Positions 51,642 through 63,547 of a stretch of DNA of 64,000 nucleotides are shown piece by piece. Source of the DNA: Vitrella brassicaformis CCMP3155 (lineage: Eukaryota; Protista; Chromerida); the NCBI GenBank assembly GCA_001179505.1, contig CDMY01000227.1, positions 372,001 to 436,000 of the forward strand, given 5' to 3'. Below the pieces are notes generated by a model, which saw only the letters and a list, made by a program, of their open reading frames with translations, ran no database searches and had not been told where the DNA came from. The stretch's first letter is position 1; each line of letters begins with the position of its first letter. Position numbers and translations under genes: made by a program.

Positions 51642-51889
51642 TCAGCTGCAAGCGGGGTGGGTTGTCCTTCCATTCTTCTCTGTGTGCGATGGATGGATCG
51701 ATGGATGGATGTCCACGTGTGGGTATGGTCTGCTTGCAGTAGGATATGCGTTTTGTGTTGTGTGCGTAAACGCTTTCAACAGGGGGGCGCGTGTCTGTGC
51801 GCGTGTTTGTGTGGACGTGCAAACGAGAGTCGTCAACACTGGCTTTTTTTGTCATGGGACAGAGACATTCAACGAGTCAACTGTCACGT

Positions 51890-53176
51890 TCATTTGCTCG
51901 CAGCATCCCTTCCCCCCTCACGCAGCCATCCCTCAACTTTCATAGCCAGAGCCCTCCCACACAACAGCGCACTCTCACAGCTGCCCAAAGGCTCCCCACA
52001 GAAATCGCCACCAACCCCCAAGCCAATACACCCATCCCACAAACACCCATCTCCCCGCGCCTCCTCAGGCCCCTCAACAGCAAACGCCGCCCCCCACTGC
52101 TGCAGCTGACACATGACGGGGGCAGGCAGCTCAGCCGACGGCATCACCCTCCGCAGCACCCCTTCTGTCCGCTCCCGCAGCGTCCCTGCCAGCTCTTCTG
52201 GTGGCTTGTATTCCTTCCCAGGCACACTTGTGGGCGGCGCAAGGTGCGTGAACTGGTTGGCATAGCCACGGGTACAGTGGGCCACGAGGCAGAGCAGCCC
52301 CTGCTGGCGGGGAAGGATGACGATCTTGGACAGAATGGGGTCGTTCTCAACCATCAGGCAGTCGAATGGGACGGCGGCCTCCGTGGGATACGCCAGCATG
52401 AGGGTCTGCGTCTTGTCGCTCCTCACTTTGGCCATTGCATTCACCAGACGATCAACGTCAGAAGGGACACCTTCCTTGCGCAGCGAGGCGCCGAGCCGCC
52501 GCAGCGATGGGTCAAGGTCGAATGACAGCCCGCGCTCCTCACCAGTAGCAACACTCGTCAGCAGAACCACACCAAAGCCCGCATACACACCGTCCTCGTC
52601 GTCACGCAGCGAGAATTCCCTCTTTGCGGGGTCGTAGGTGATCTCGACGAGTGTCTTCGAGTAGGTCTGAGTGATCCGCGGGTTTGAGCTAAGCATTGCC
52701 TCACACCAGCTGTTCATATGTGGGCTGCCGACGTATTGCGGGCCTTCATCAGGGGCATCCCTCATCTCGCCGCTGGATGCGTCGAGCACCATCCTCCTGC
52801 CTTCATAGCGCCCCAGCCCCAGCTGTCGCTCCACCATTCTCTCCAGCACCTCGGTTGCCTCATCACACTGAGCCGCAAAGAACGGCGTGCCGTGGTTGAA
52901 GGAAACCCCAGGGAGTGAGCGGCTGAAGCGCGTCGCTGTGCGGCCTCCTGGGCCCCTGCCGCAGTCGAATACGCTGATTGAAACGTCCTGCAGTCGGCTT
53001 AAGTGGAAGGCGGCAGATGAGCCACAGACTCCAGAGCCGACGATGCAGATCTTGACGCCGCTGAGTGCGGCAGGTTGAGTCATCTTCTTCTTGGCTGGTG
53101 CGAGTGAGGGGAGGCGCACGCTGCTGTTGCGGAGGATGGACAGCAAGGGAGTTGCGAGAAACAGGGCGAGGGACAT
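51890..53176 (-). CDS. Renalase-like NAD(P)H/FAD-dependent oxidoreductase, intronless
   Basis: ICIVGSGVCG (GxGxxG), FDCGRGPGGRTATR, FNHGTPFF, QQWGAA, LGVGGDF, ESALLCGRALA. The start may instead be MTQP at 53083. Confidence 0.85.
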   Translation of the reverse strand: MSLALFLATPLLSILRNSSVRLPSLAPAKKKMTQPAALSGVKICIVGSGVCGSSAAFHLSRLQDVSISVFDCGRGPGGRTATRFSRSLPGVSFNHGTPFFAAQCDEATEVLERMVERQLGLGRYEGRRMVLDASSGEMRDAPDEGPQYVGSPHMNSWCEAMLSSNPRITQTYSKTLVEITYDPAKREFSLRDDEDGVYAGFGVVLLTSVATGEERGLSFDLDPSLRRLGASLRKEGVPSDVDRLVNAMAKVRSDKTQTLMLAYPTEAAVPFDCLMVENDPILSKIVILPRQQGLLCLVAHCTRGYANQFTHLAPPTSVPGKEYKPPEELAGTLRERTEGVLRRVMPSAELPAPVMCQLQQWGAAFAVEGPEEARGDGCLWDGCIGLGVGGDFCGEPLGSCESALLCGRALAMKVEGWLREGGRDAASK

Positions 53177-53182
53177 CCACCG

Positions 53183-54656
53183 ATGGATGAGTCAGCAACT
53201 GCAAGCGAGTCCACGGTGACTCGCTTGCGAGTCAGCAACTGCTGGGCGTATAAGACACCCTCAAGCGAGAGGGGGCAAGGTCCCCGTGAGGTTGAGAAAT
53301 CGTTGGCCGGCGTTGCGAGCTCAGAGAAGGGGAGAGAAGGGAAAGAGGCAGAGGACGTCGAACGCGCCCCAGCCTCAAGGTTTCCAGCCTCAAGGATGGC
53401 GTCATCGTTATCGCTGGAGGCGAAGCTGAAGCGCTTCAGCCTCTACTCCTCCCTCATGGACAGATATCTCGGCAGCCAGGCGTCCCACGACCAATGCGAC
53501 AGCACCGACCGCCATCTAGCGGGCGGCACCACCGCCCTCGACCAGGTCACCACCGTCCTCACCTTCCAGCGCTCCATCTCGGACAGCAAAGTCGCACGCC
53601 ACGCCCTTGCCGGCTCTGCATGCAGCGACCTGGTCGTCAGCGGCCTCTCGCGCTCCTTCTCGGTGGCGTCGACGAGCGGCAGCCCAAACTCGGTCGTCTC
53701 ATCCGGCAAGGGCGGCCGATCGGTGGTGTCCTTCTCTGAGGGCAAGGGCGCATCGCCCAATGCTGCGATGACGATGATGGACGTGTGCCGCAGCGGGAGC
53801 AGTCCCAGCATGGGGGAGGGGTCGGGAGGAGAGGGAGGAAGAGGGGCAGGGGGAGGGGCAGGGGCGGCAGGTGGTGGTGTGGGTGGGGAGGGGATAACGA
53901 TTGAGAGGGCGCGGACGTTCAGTGGGTTTGACAAGATGGCGGTGAATGAGAAGGCAACCAAGGCGCTCAAGGAGTCGCTCGGCATCCTCGTCCAAGCAGG
54001 TGTGTGTGGCGAGCACACAGGGGGGAGCAAGGATGTCCACATTGGAGGATTCTGTATTTGTGTGTGTGTGTGTCAGCGGCGGGTTCGAAGGCCATTTCTG
54101 CGACCGACCTGAGGTCACTTGAAGTGACGCCAGACACACCCGAACGCACACCCTCTGCATCATCCAAGTAAGGCAAGCCAGGAGAGTCACCCAGGCCGAC
54201 AATGAATGAGTGGATTCACACCCACCCTGTTCGTTGGTCCGTTCGTCCCCTCTTCTCCCTCCCGCTCACAGATTTGATAAGAAGGACAGCCAAGACACCT
54301 CCCCCACCCCCAAAGACACCTTTCCCACCCAGGCCAAACGTACCATCATCATCCACGAGGACGGCAGCGCACAAGACACCTCTCACCAGCACCAACCACC
54401 GTCGCAGCACCAGCAGCACCCCCACCCCCACCCCCACCAGCACCACGGCAGTCCATTCCCGGATGGTCCCAGCCCCTCCAAGACACGCACCGGTCGGCCC
54501 CCCTTCAGGACACGACCTTACGGCCACCACCCTCATGGGCACATGGGACGTGGCGGGGGCTACGGTGTGCCGCATCACCACCACCACCACCACCATGAGG
54601 ATGCAGACGGCGGAGGCAGGGGGTCGTTCCGCATGAAAAAATACAGGCGCGGGTGA
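53183..54656 (+). CDS. Hypothetical Ser/Gly-rich protein with a His-rich basic C-terminus; true start uncertain (possibly MASSL at about 53396)
   Basis: GC3-rich open frame, introns at about 54000-54076 and 54167-54270, stop after RGSFRMKKYRRG. Confidence 0.55.
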
Positions 54657-56482
54657 GTGGCGGATGGAGCCTGGGAGAGGGGGAGGGGGGCGTGCTGTAT
54701 ACATGTGTGTGTGTGTGTGTGTGTGTCTGTGTGTGTGGTTTGCCGTTTGTTGTGTGATTTCTGTTCAGAAAGAATTACATCCGTGACGACCCCATGAGTT
54801 GATCGATGGTATGTGTGTGTAGTGGTGGGTCAGTCGGTCGGTGGCTGCGTGTGGCTGAATGGTTGCGTGCGTAAGGGGTCGTTTCGTTGAAGTGTCGATA
54901 ATATACGTTACCTTTCTGTCTGCCTGCCTCCCACTTGCGATGTACACATACACACGGTTGCGGTGATGCAGCGAGCATATCTACGCCCTCATTTGCACGT
55001 TGTCAGTTTCAAACCGGTTTTGACGTGTTCAGCCACTCGGATGCCTTCGTATGTGGGTGTGGGTGTGGGTGGTACTTTCCTTTTTCTTAACATGGCCTCG
55101 GTGTCGGTGTCAGTGTCGGTGTGTTCTGTCGCCTTTTTCTCCCGATTGAATGAAGGCCTCACTGACGTACCTGCCTGCATAATGCTGCTGGATGGAGGGA
55201 TGGCTGCTGATTTGAAGGCCAATGGGTATCTGTGTGTGTGGGTGGGTGTGCATGTGTGTGTGGATGAGAGTGTACGTTCATTTTTTCCCCAGAGGTGGCT
55301 GTGCTGTGCTGCGATGACTAACTGGAGTGAGAGTGAGAGTGCGGCTGGTGCTATTTGTCTCTCTCTGGGTGCGTGTGGCTGGCTGGCTGGGTGTGCGCAT
55401 GACAATGATTTCAAGGACACGTGGCGGTTTAACAGTGGTGGCTGGACGCACACACACACCACCACAGACACACTCGACTTGGCCAACCTGATGGATGGAC
55501 ACATCGCACGAGCAGTGAGTGTGCCTGTTTTTGGCACCGACCGTTTTCCATTCACTATCGCAACCTGGCTGAGCTGATTGACCCCCTGACTGGTAGGGTA
55601 GGCAGAGGCGGCCGACAAACAAACCTGCAGTGTAGACAGAGCTACCCGCAGAACTGATGGCCTCACTGACTGTGTTGCATGCGCTGGCCCGTTTGTTTGT
55701 GTCGCGAAGGGAGGAAGGCGTAGAGTCAGTCAAAGCAGGAAAGCTGGCAGGCACAGAACGGGACGCGCGTGTGGGCGACTACCTGGCGATAGCTGTTTGC
55801 ACGAAGATCGTTCGTACGGTGTACTTTACGGCTTGTTCGGCTTAATTCTCTCAGCCACGTCGGCTGCACACGTCGGTCGGCTGGTGGCTCTCGATGTAGA
55901 CGGAGGGTGTTGACGCATCCTCTGTTCGCATAAGACCACTCCTGCCGACGTGTGCGGCTGATGTGGAAGGGACGGTAGCCGACTACTCACTCACTCCAGA
56001 GACTGACGACTGCCTGCCTACCTGTACCTGCCTTGCGCACCCGTACACAAAACAAATGTCTGCCTCTCTCTTACGTGAGGGGCGCGTGGATGATTTCGGA
56101 CTTTTTGCGTCATTCATTCAGCCCTTGTTTGTGGGTGCGTCTGTGTGTGAGTGATGGCATGAATGGCTGGCTGCCTCGAAGGGGCGGAGGGAGTGGAGTA
56201 CGTGTGTGGGCTGGGGTGTCTGTCGTAGGTCGGTTTCCTAGGCTAAGCTGGGTAGGGGGATGTGTGTTGCCTTGTGTTGCGTTGCCTTGTGTTGTGTTGG
56301 ATGGACGGCCCGTGGAGTGACCGTGTACAAGTACGTGTGCAGTGACCACAGACAACGCAGGATCGATCCACCCGATATATATATAAAGGTGTGTAATGAA
56401 TGCCCCCTTCTCCCCCAATAAAAATGATGTGAAGCCGCTAACACAGAATAGCAACCGATCCACACGAGAGAGAGCATCCTTG

Positions 56483-59400
56483 TCAGTTGCCCAGCTTGAG
56501 CTGCGTGTCTGCCTCTACAATGGTCTGCAGCTCCCGCGATGACCGCCGCCCATTACTCAGCCGCGAGCTGCTTTTCCGCCACGACCGACGCCGCCGCCCA
56601 CCGCCTGGCTCAACCATCTCCAGCTCACGCACCTTCTCAACCACCTCCTGCAGACACACACACACACACACACACGTGGACGTGTCTCTGTCGATCTGTC
56701 TGTCTGTCTGTGTGTGTGTGCGTCTCTCTCAGTGTCTCGGGCCGACGCACCTTGAGTTTGCCGGCGTCGATGGTGGAGAGGTCGGTCCTGACGGGGAAGT
56801 GCCAGTCGGACGGCGTCTGTCTCAGCGCCCCTATCCTCTCGCCCTCCTTGTGCAGCGCCCACGTCATGGCCATGCGGTCATAGCCAGCCGTCAGGATGCA
56901 ATTGGCATTGGCCACCACCTCGAGGCTCGTGATGGCGTCCGTGTGGGCCTTCCAGCTCCGCACTCTGGCCACCACCGGCCCCTGGCAGAGCGTCTCGAGC
57001 GACCGGCGTGAAGAGGTGGACACGGCGGCTGCTGCGGCCTTGACGGACATCTCGCTGTGCTCCCTGGCGTCCTCGTAGATGACCCTGTGGGGGTACCAGT
57101 CCCTCTTCACCTCCAATGGCACTATGCCGTCGTACCTGTGTGATGTGACCCAGAGGCGACACGAGGCGACACGACACCCCACATTCATTCATGGAGACGG
57201 ACGGCCATCGGTCTGTCTGGCTGTGTGTGTGTGTGTGCCGCTAACTCACCGGAAGAGCCTGCCAATGTCCCACACGCGAATGAACCCCTCCTCGTCTCCA
57301 GTGAAAAGCAGCATGCGCAGACCAGAGGGCACCTCACGCACCACAGGAAATGGGCGCCCCTTGCTGTGTGCCAGCGCCCCCCGCCGCTGTCCCCCGTCCG
57401 CCGACGCAGGCGTCTGCAGCAGCGAGCTCTTGCCAACCGGGGATGTGACGAACGTGCTCTTCCTGGGCGCCCGAGAGCTGTGCGAGTTGATCGACGACGT
57501 CATGACCCGCGACTTCTTTTTGTCTGCCCCTGACACCCTCGTCCGCGATCGGCCCTTCCTCAGCGACGTCGTCCTCTTGCCCCCGGGGGCCGCCTCATCC
57601 CCTCCGCTCACGTCAGCGCCATCTGTCGCATGGGCGTCGGCGAGCCTCACAACTGACCCGTGAGGGCCTTCGTGTGCATTGGCTGCTGTCAGCTCGCCAG
57701 CGGCGTGTGAGCTGTGGATGGTGGCCTGGGATGAGTCTGACTGTCGCGTGTGTGTGGCGGCGGACGGGTGTGCGGGGTCGGCTGCGTCTTGCGGGGCCGA
57801 GGGGGGCTGGTAGAAGAAGTCCATGCACTGAATCGGCACCGCTGACTCAAGACTCTGCACACACTCATTCACATAAATGTAGGGGACACGCAGCTTTCTC
57901 TTCCTTTCTCTCTTTTTTTCTCTTGTGACTTACGTGAAGATTGAGGAATCTGGTGAGGAGCACGGTGCCGTTTCTGGCCTGCCTGGCCTCATTGTCGAGG
58001 ACCCTCTCTGCGAGGGGGTGTGGGGGGATGAGCCAGAGGAACACCTGCCCCAGCTGGTCGGCAGAACACAGCAGGGGAAAGGGCTCCAGTATGCGCAGGC
58101 ACGTCGGCTCGGCCTGCAACAAGAGAGCCGATTCACTGTCGAGTGGGCGTTGTGCTGTCAATCAGTGGGTGGGTGCGTGAGTGGTTTGGCTGCCTGGTGT
58201 CCGAAGAGCTCAGCGACTCTCTTCATCTTTTCGTAGCTCCAGACGACCACGATGCGGTCGGTGGATCCGGTGGCGATGAGACCCAGCCGCCGCGAGTAGG
58301 CGCAGCACGTGATGTCTCCCGCATGCGCGTTCGCTATCCGACGCCACACCTGCACACAGACAGACACCCACACCTAGATTATCTACCCGTCTTGTGGCCT
58401 GGCCTAGATAGATGATCGTGTGTGTGTGTTGTCTCACTTTTGGCGTGGCGAGTGATCCCTCTGATCCCTCGTCATGGACCACCAGCGACTTGTCCCATGA
58501 CACGCTCAGCAGACAGCGGTCGCCGGGGCAGTATACAAGACCGCTCACCTCAGCCCTGATATGATGAAGAGACAGACAGACATGCCCAGACACATTCAGA
58601 CACGAACGAGCGTGAGACAACGGAACTCACATTGACTGACCTGTGTTTGGTGAGTGTCCTGAGGTAGTAGCCCGTCGATGCGTTGTAGACGGCGATATTG
58701 CCCGCATGGTCAGACACAAACAGCTGACGACAATACGCATGCAATGCAATGCAATGCAATGCAGCACACACAGAACAGAACAGACGCACACTTTCGCATG
58801 GCATGGATGCCACTAGCCTCACTGCCACACAGCCCACCTTCCTGCCTCTGTCGTCGATGCAGAAGTCGGTGATCTCGTGGCCGCCCTTGTGCTGGATCGA
58901 GTGCTTCAGCTCGCCCGTCGACGCGTCCCATATTCTCACGTGGTTCCCACCCGCCGTCATGAAAATCCGCAGCTTCGCGTTGTACAGCGCCTGTGAGACA
59001 AGCAAGACACACAAACCGACAGACAGACACGTGTTGTTGGGGTGGCAGCAACTGCAGTAACTGCAGTGGAGGTCGGTTAGGTTACTTACTTTGATGAGTG
59101 GATGGTCGTCGCTTTCCTCTGGCACGCCGGTGCGCTCAAAGTCGAAGGCGAGGAGCTTGCGGCCCGCGCAGACGATGCGTTTGTGCTTCAGCACTGCAGC
59201 GACGGACCTGAGCTGCGGCATTTCGTCGACAAATATGGTTTGCAGGCACGAGTAGTTGGTGAGGTCCCATGTCTTGATGCAGCCATCGGTGTCTGCCGAC
59301 ACAACCTGACCTGCACACACAGAACAGACACACAGAGAGAGACAGAGACACGGGAAGAGACACAGAGAGAGAGAGAAGCGTGTGTGTGCGAATGAATGAT

Positions 59401-59573
59401 CAAACTAGTCGCTTACCTACCTGTGCCGGGTCCGAGTGACTCGATTTTGATGATGGGTGCGAGGTGTCCCTTGATGGTGTGGATGGCCTTGCCCACGTAG
59501 GGATTCCAGATGAACAGCTGGTAGTCAAACCCACCCGTGATCAACAGCTGGATGGATAAATCACATCCATTAC

Positions 59574-59604
<31 letters not shown>

Positions 59605-61659
59605 GGGAGGGAGGGAGGGAGGGAGGAGTCACTGCTCATCGGTTGATCGCCCCTCTCCTCTCCTTTCTCTTGCTTGCTGACCTTGTTTGCAGGCGAGAAG
59701 CACATTGTCCTGACGCCCCTTTCATGGCCCTCGAGCTTTCGCTTCAGCTCGCCCGTCGCCGCATCCCATATGTAAACCTGCACACAAGCCAAGCCGGCAG
59801 ACATCCCATCCCAAGCAGGCAGGCAGGCGGGCGGCTGCGCCCCTCCATCCATCTTCGCTACGTACGTGACGTGCGCACCAATTTGTCCATGGCGCACGAG
59901 GCGAGCTGTTCGAAGGAGGGCAGCTCGAGGAGGTCGACCACTATGTCGAGGTGCTGCCGGATCTGACGCCAGCTGATGAACTTGTGCCACAATTCCATCA
60001 CACCAACCGCACTCCTCCTAACTCACCAACACACAGACACACAGAAACATCTGGATTGCGGATTCATGTGTGTGGCGGTGTGTCTCCGCTTACTCGTTTG
60101 CGTGTGTGGTTGGCGAGTCTTCGTATGGGTTGGCGATCGCTCGGATGTCCCAGGCAAAGATGGAGCCCTCGTGGTCGCCGCTGAACAAAGTCTCACACGA
60201 CTGAAGAAGGCCACACAACACACCACACACCATCACAGAGAGACATCTCACTCACCGGATGCTTTCACTGACCGAACCGACCGTGGAGCAGCAGAGCGCC
60301 AGTTGAGAGGTGCGTGCCTTGAATGTCTTGATGACTTTGTAGTCGTTGTCTGTGTCGTAGAAGGTCAAAGAGAGGTCGTTGCACGACGTCACCAGCAGGC
60401 TGTACTTGGCGATGAACGCCACTGCCAGCAATCCCGCTTTCTGGTCTCGCAGCTCCTTCTTGGGAGTCAGCTCGGGCGTGAACAGACGCAGGTACCTGCC
60501 AGACACACGCATGTGTGCATGTGTGTGTGTCTGATGTAGGTCTTCTCAGGCGCCTTTTCCTTTTCTCACCAACCGTGATCCCTGTTCAAAGAAGGCGAGC
60601 ATATCGAAGCCATTGCCGCAGAAGTAGTACACCCGCTCGATATGCGCCGCGTGTGGCGTGTCGTCCTGGTGGTGGCTCTTGAGCAGCCGTATGGCGCTGA
60701 ACTCCTTCATGACGTCCTGCCCCTTCCCACGGTCGACAATAAACCCCGTCAGCTCCTCCCACGACATGGTCTTGCCACCGTCGATGTCAATTAGCTCAAA
60801 CAGATCCATCAGACGAGCCGTCACGTGCAAGTCGACATCCTCCTCAAGGATCTCGTCCTCGATCTCCTCTTCATCGATCTCGCTCATGGCGCATTGCCCG
60901 TCCGGCAGCACGCCCGAGGCGCTGCCGTCTTGCTGGAGTGGTTGGGGGGCGGCTGGTGGGGGGGAGGGGAGGCCGGATTGGGGCTGAGTTGGCTGCAGCT
61001 GCAGCTGTCGAGGGTTGCTGACCTCTTGTTTCTGCCGCCTGTTGCGGGCGGCCGCTTCGCGAAGCTCATCGAGGAAGCCCGTCCAATCCATGTACTTCTT
61101 CATTATGTACCTGAGAGAGAAACAGACGCCACGGCACTCTTGGGTATGTATCTGTTTTCGTTCCCGTGGCTTTTGGCCATTCGTTCATTCGGGGCTCACA
61201 CACTCACTCACACGAATTCGTCGATGGCGACATTGTTATTGCGGTTGAGGAACTCCTCCTTGATCATGGTGATCCTGTCCTGGTCCACCCGCGCCAGTAT
61301 CTCCAGCTGGTCACCGCCCTTGTGCGGCCCCTCCCCCTCCTCCCCTCCCGGCAACGCACCCGCCCCACCAGAGCCCACCTCGACAAGAGCGCCGTGGGCC
61401 TCCTCGAGTGGCCCTTTCTTGCCGTGGGCCCCGCCCTCGCTGCGCTTCGGGTCGGGGAAGAGGGGATGCTGTCCGTCCTCATCGACTTCGGTGAGAAACG
61501 CACACTCGGAGAATTTCTGAGGCCAAGAGGAGGAGGAGAAAAATGCCTGTCTGTCTGTCTGCCTGTCTGTCCGCTGACCTCGAGCAGCACTTGCCACGTG
61601 GTTGTCTTGGGTTTGTCTTCCAGGATATCCGTGGCCAGCGATTGGGCGGTGGGCGCCAT
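56483..61659 (-). CDS. EF-hand + WD40-repeat protein (WDR49/EFCAB8/CFAP337-like, probably ciliary)
   Basis: EF loop LFELIDIDGGKTMSWEELTGFI. Many WD repeats (LEGHERGV, GHLAPIIKI, IKTWD, AHAGDITCC, AHTDAITSL, GFIRVWD). About 20 exons. Confidence 0.8.
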
Positions 61660-61831
61660 GGAAGGCGCGAGGGACAACGCCTTCATCTCAAGAGGTCAGT
61701 TGAACAATCGCCATGCCCTCAGAAAACTCATTGCAGATGGGGTGCGGGCTTGCTGGGCACGTCAGAGTGTGTCCCCTGGCTTGCATAAGGCAGCAGGCAC
61801 CTTTTTTCTCTTTCCCTTGCCGATCCATATC

Positions 61832-61846
61832 GCGAGCTAAGCTCGC
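61832..61846. promoter_or_regulatory. Palindrome GCGAGCT-A-AGCTCGC in a divergent promoter (candidate TF site)
   Basis: Perfect 7-bp arms. Related copies at 8471-8482, 38897-38908, 21382-21389, 6531-6537 and 24333-24350; half-sites at 35588, 35599, 46956, 50107 and 53315. Confidence 0.5.
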
Positions 61847-61945
61847 TGCGGTGAGGAGGAGAGAAACGCACACGGTGGCTTAAGGCGGCAATACGAACGG
61901 CCGCGTTGCCCTGATTGGTCCGCCTTTGATTCTCTCATAGATCTG

Positions 61946-63547
61946 ATGGAAGCGTCGAGTCGTTGGTACGAGGCGTACGAGGAGTCCACCGACTGGCTGA
62001 CCCATCAGACGGTCACCCTCTTCCATCCCCAGCTCGTCCACATCTCGCCCCGCCCAACAGAGACCTGGCCCCTCGTACCTCTGCGCCACGCCTTTCTCAT
62101 CGCACTCGCCTACATCGCATGGGCGGTGTTCGGCGTTTTGCTCAAGGTCAGCCGCAGGAGGCATGGCGATAAGGGAGCCGGGGAGAGTGAGGAGAAAGAT
62201 GGCGAGTATGCGGCGACGGGCGGCGACGGGCTGGGGCGGAAATTCGCGCGTGAGCCGCTGCTGCTGTTGCAGGCGGTGTATGACGTTGTCCAGGTGAGAA
62301 CGACGGGATGCAATGCGTCCACAGATCTGTCGGCTTGTGTGTGTGTGTGTGTGTGGCACAGGTAGGTTTGTGCAGCGTGATGCTGTTTCAGACCATCGAT
62401 GTGTGCTGGCGGGAGGGATACAAATTCTACCAAAACCCGTTCAGGACTCACGGAGCCGGTCAGCACGCCACAGAGAGAGAAGGAGCGAGGGAAGCACACA
62501 CAGCCACACTCGCACGCACACCTACCTCTGTGTCTGTGTGTGCTGTCTGTCTGGGCGCAGGGTTGGCGCCTGTCCTCTGGCTCTTCTACGTGTAAGTAAG
62601 CGTGCATTCATTGAGTGAGTGCATCGACCCGCCCATGGGCTCTCTTCTCACCGCCCACTGTCCTTCCCTCCCTTCTCCTTTTGTTGCTTTCATGGTGCCT
62701 GCCTGCCTGCAGGTCCAAGGTGGTAGATTTCTTTGACACGGTGTTCATAGTGGTGCGCGGCAAGTGGCGGCAGCTGAGCTTCATCCACGTCTACCACCAC
62801 CTGATGACATTCGTCGTCTACTGGATCAGCGTGCAAACCGCATACGACTCGGACATCTACCTAACCATCGCTGCCAAGTCAGTCAGTCAGTCCGTCTGTC
62901 AGTTAGCCAGTCTGTCTGCCACGCACCCACCCACCGATCGACAGACAGACAGACAGACAGGGAGAGAGGGATGGGGGCATGGGATGCTTATGGTATGGTG
63001 TGGTGTGGTGTGCAGTTCGTTTGTGCACGTGGTCATGTATTTCTACTACCTCATGCGCACCCTCGATGTGCCCGTCCCCCGAGTCATCAAGAAAAACATC
63101 ACCAACCTGCAAATACTGCAGGTCAGTGAGTCGAGTCGACCGCTGAGCTGACACTTCGGCCGTCGACACGCACACGCACACGCTGTCATCTCGCCCTCTG
63201 TGTGAACCGGTCGGTGTGCTATCTGTCTATCTGTCGTCGATATATCAGTTCATCATGATGGAGGTGCAGGGGTTCTCGATGCTGGTCTTCGGCACGCCTT
63301 TCCCCATCCGCGTGTGCCTCCTCTACTGCAGCTACGTCGGCACACTCCTGGTCCTCTTCGTGGACTTTGCCGTCCGCACATATGGTAGGTAGGTACGGCC
63401 AGCCGAGCCGCCCCGCGCCCAGCCAGCCAGACAGACAGCCACGGAGTGCATTCATTCATCAGACAGACAGACAGACTGGCATAGATGGACGTACGTTTGT
63501 TTCCATCAGGTCCCCGAAAGCCGAAAAAGATCGACAAGGCCGAGTGA
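61946..63547 (+). CDS. ELO/GNS1/SUR4 fatty-acid elongase
   Basis: SKVVDFFDTVFIV, FIHVYHH (HxxHH), NSFVHVVMYFYY, ITNLQILQF, Lys-rich tail PRKPKKIDKAE*. Confidence 0.95.

Noticed and set aside
51324-51657. 16-bp direct repeat flanking the gap, resembling a target-site duplication
   Set aside because: More simply explained by overlapping contig ends; the true gap may be zero.
965-51945. Long ORFs crossing N runs (around 1.1, 24, 31 and 51.5 kb)
   Set aside because: Artefacts of translating assembly gaps.
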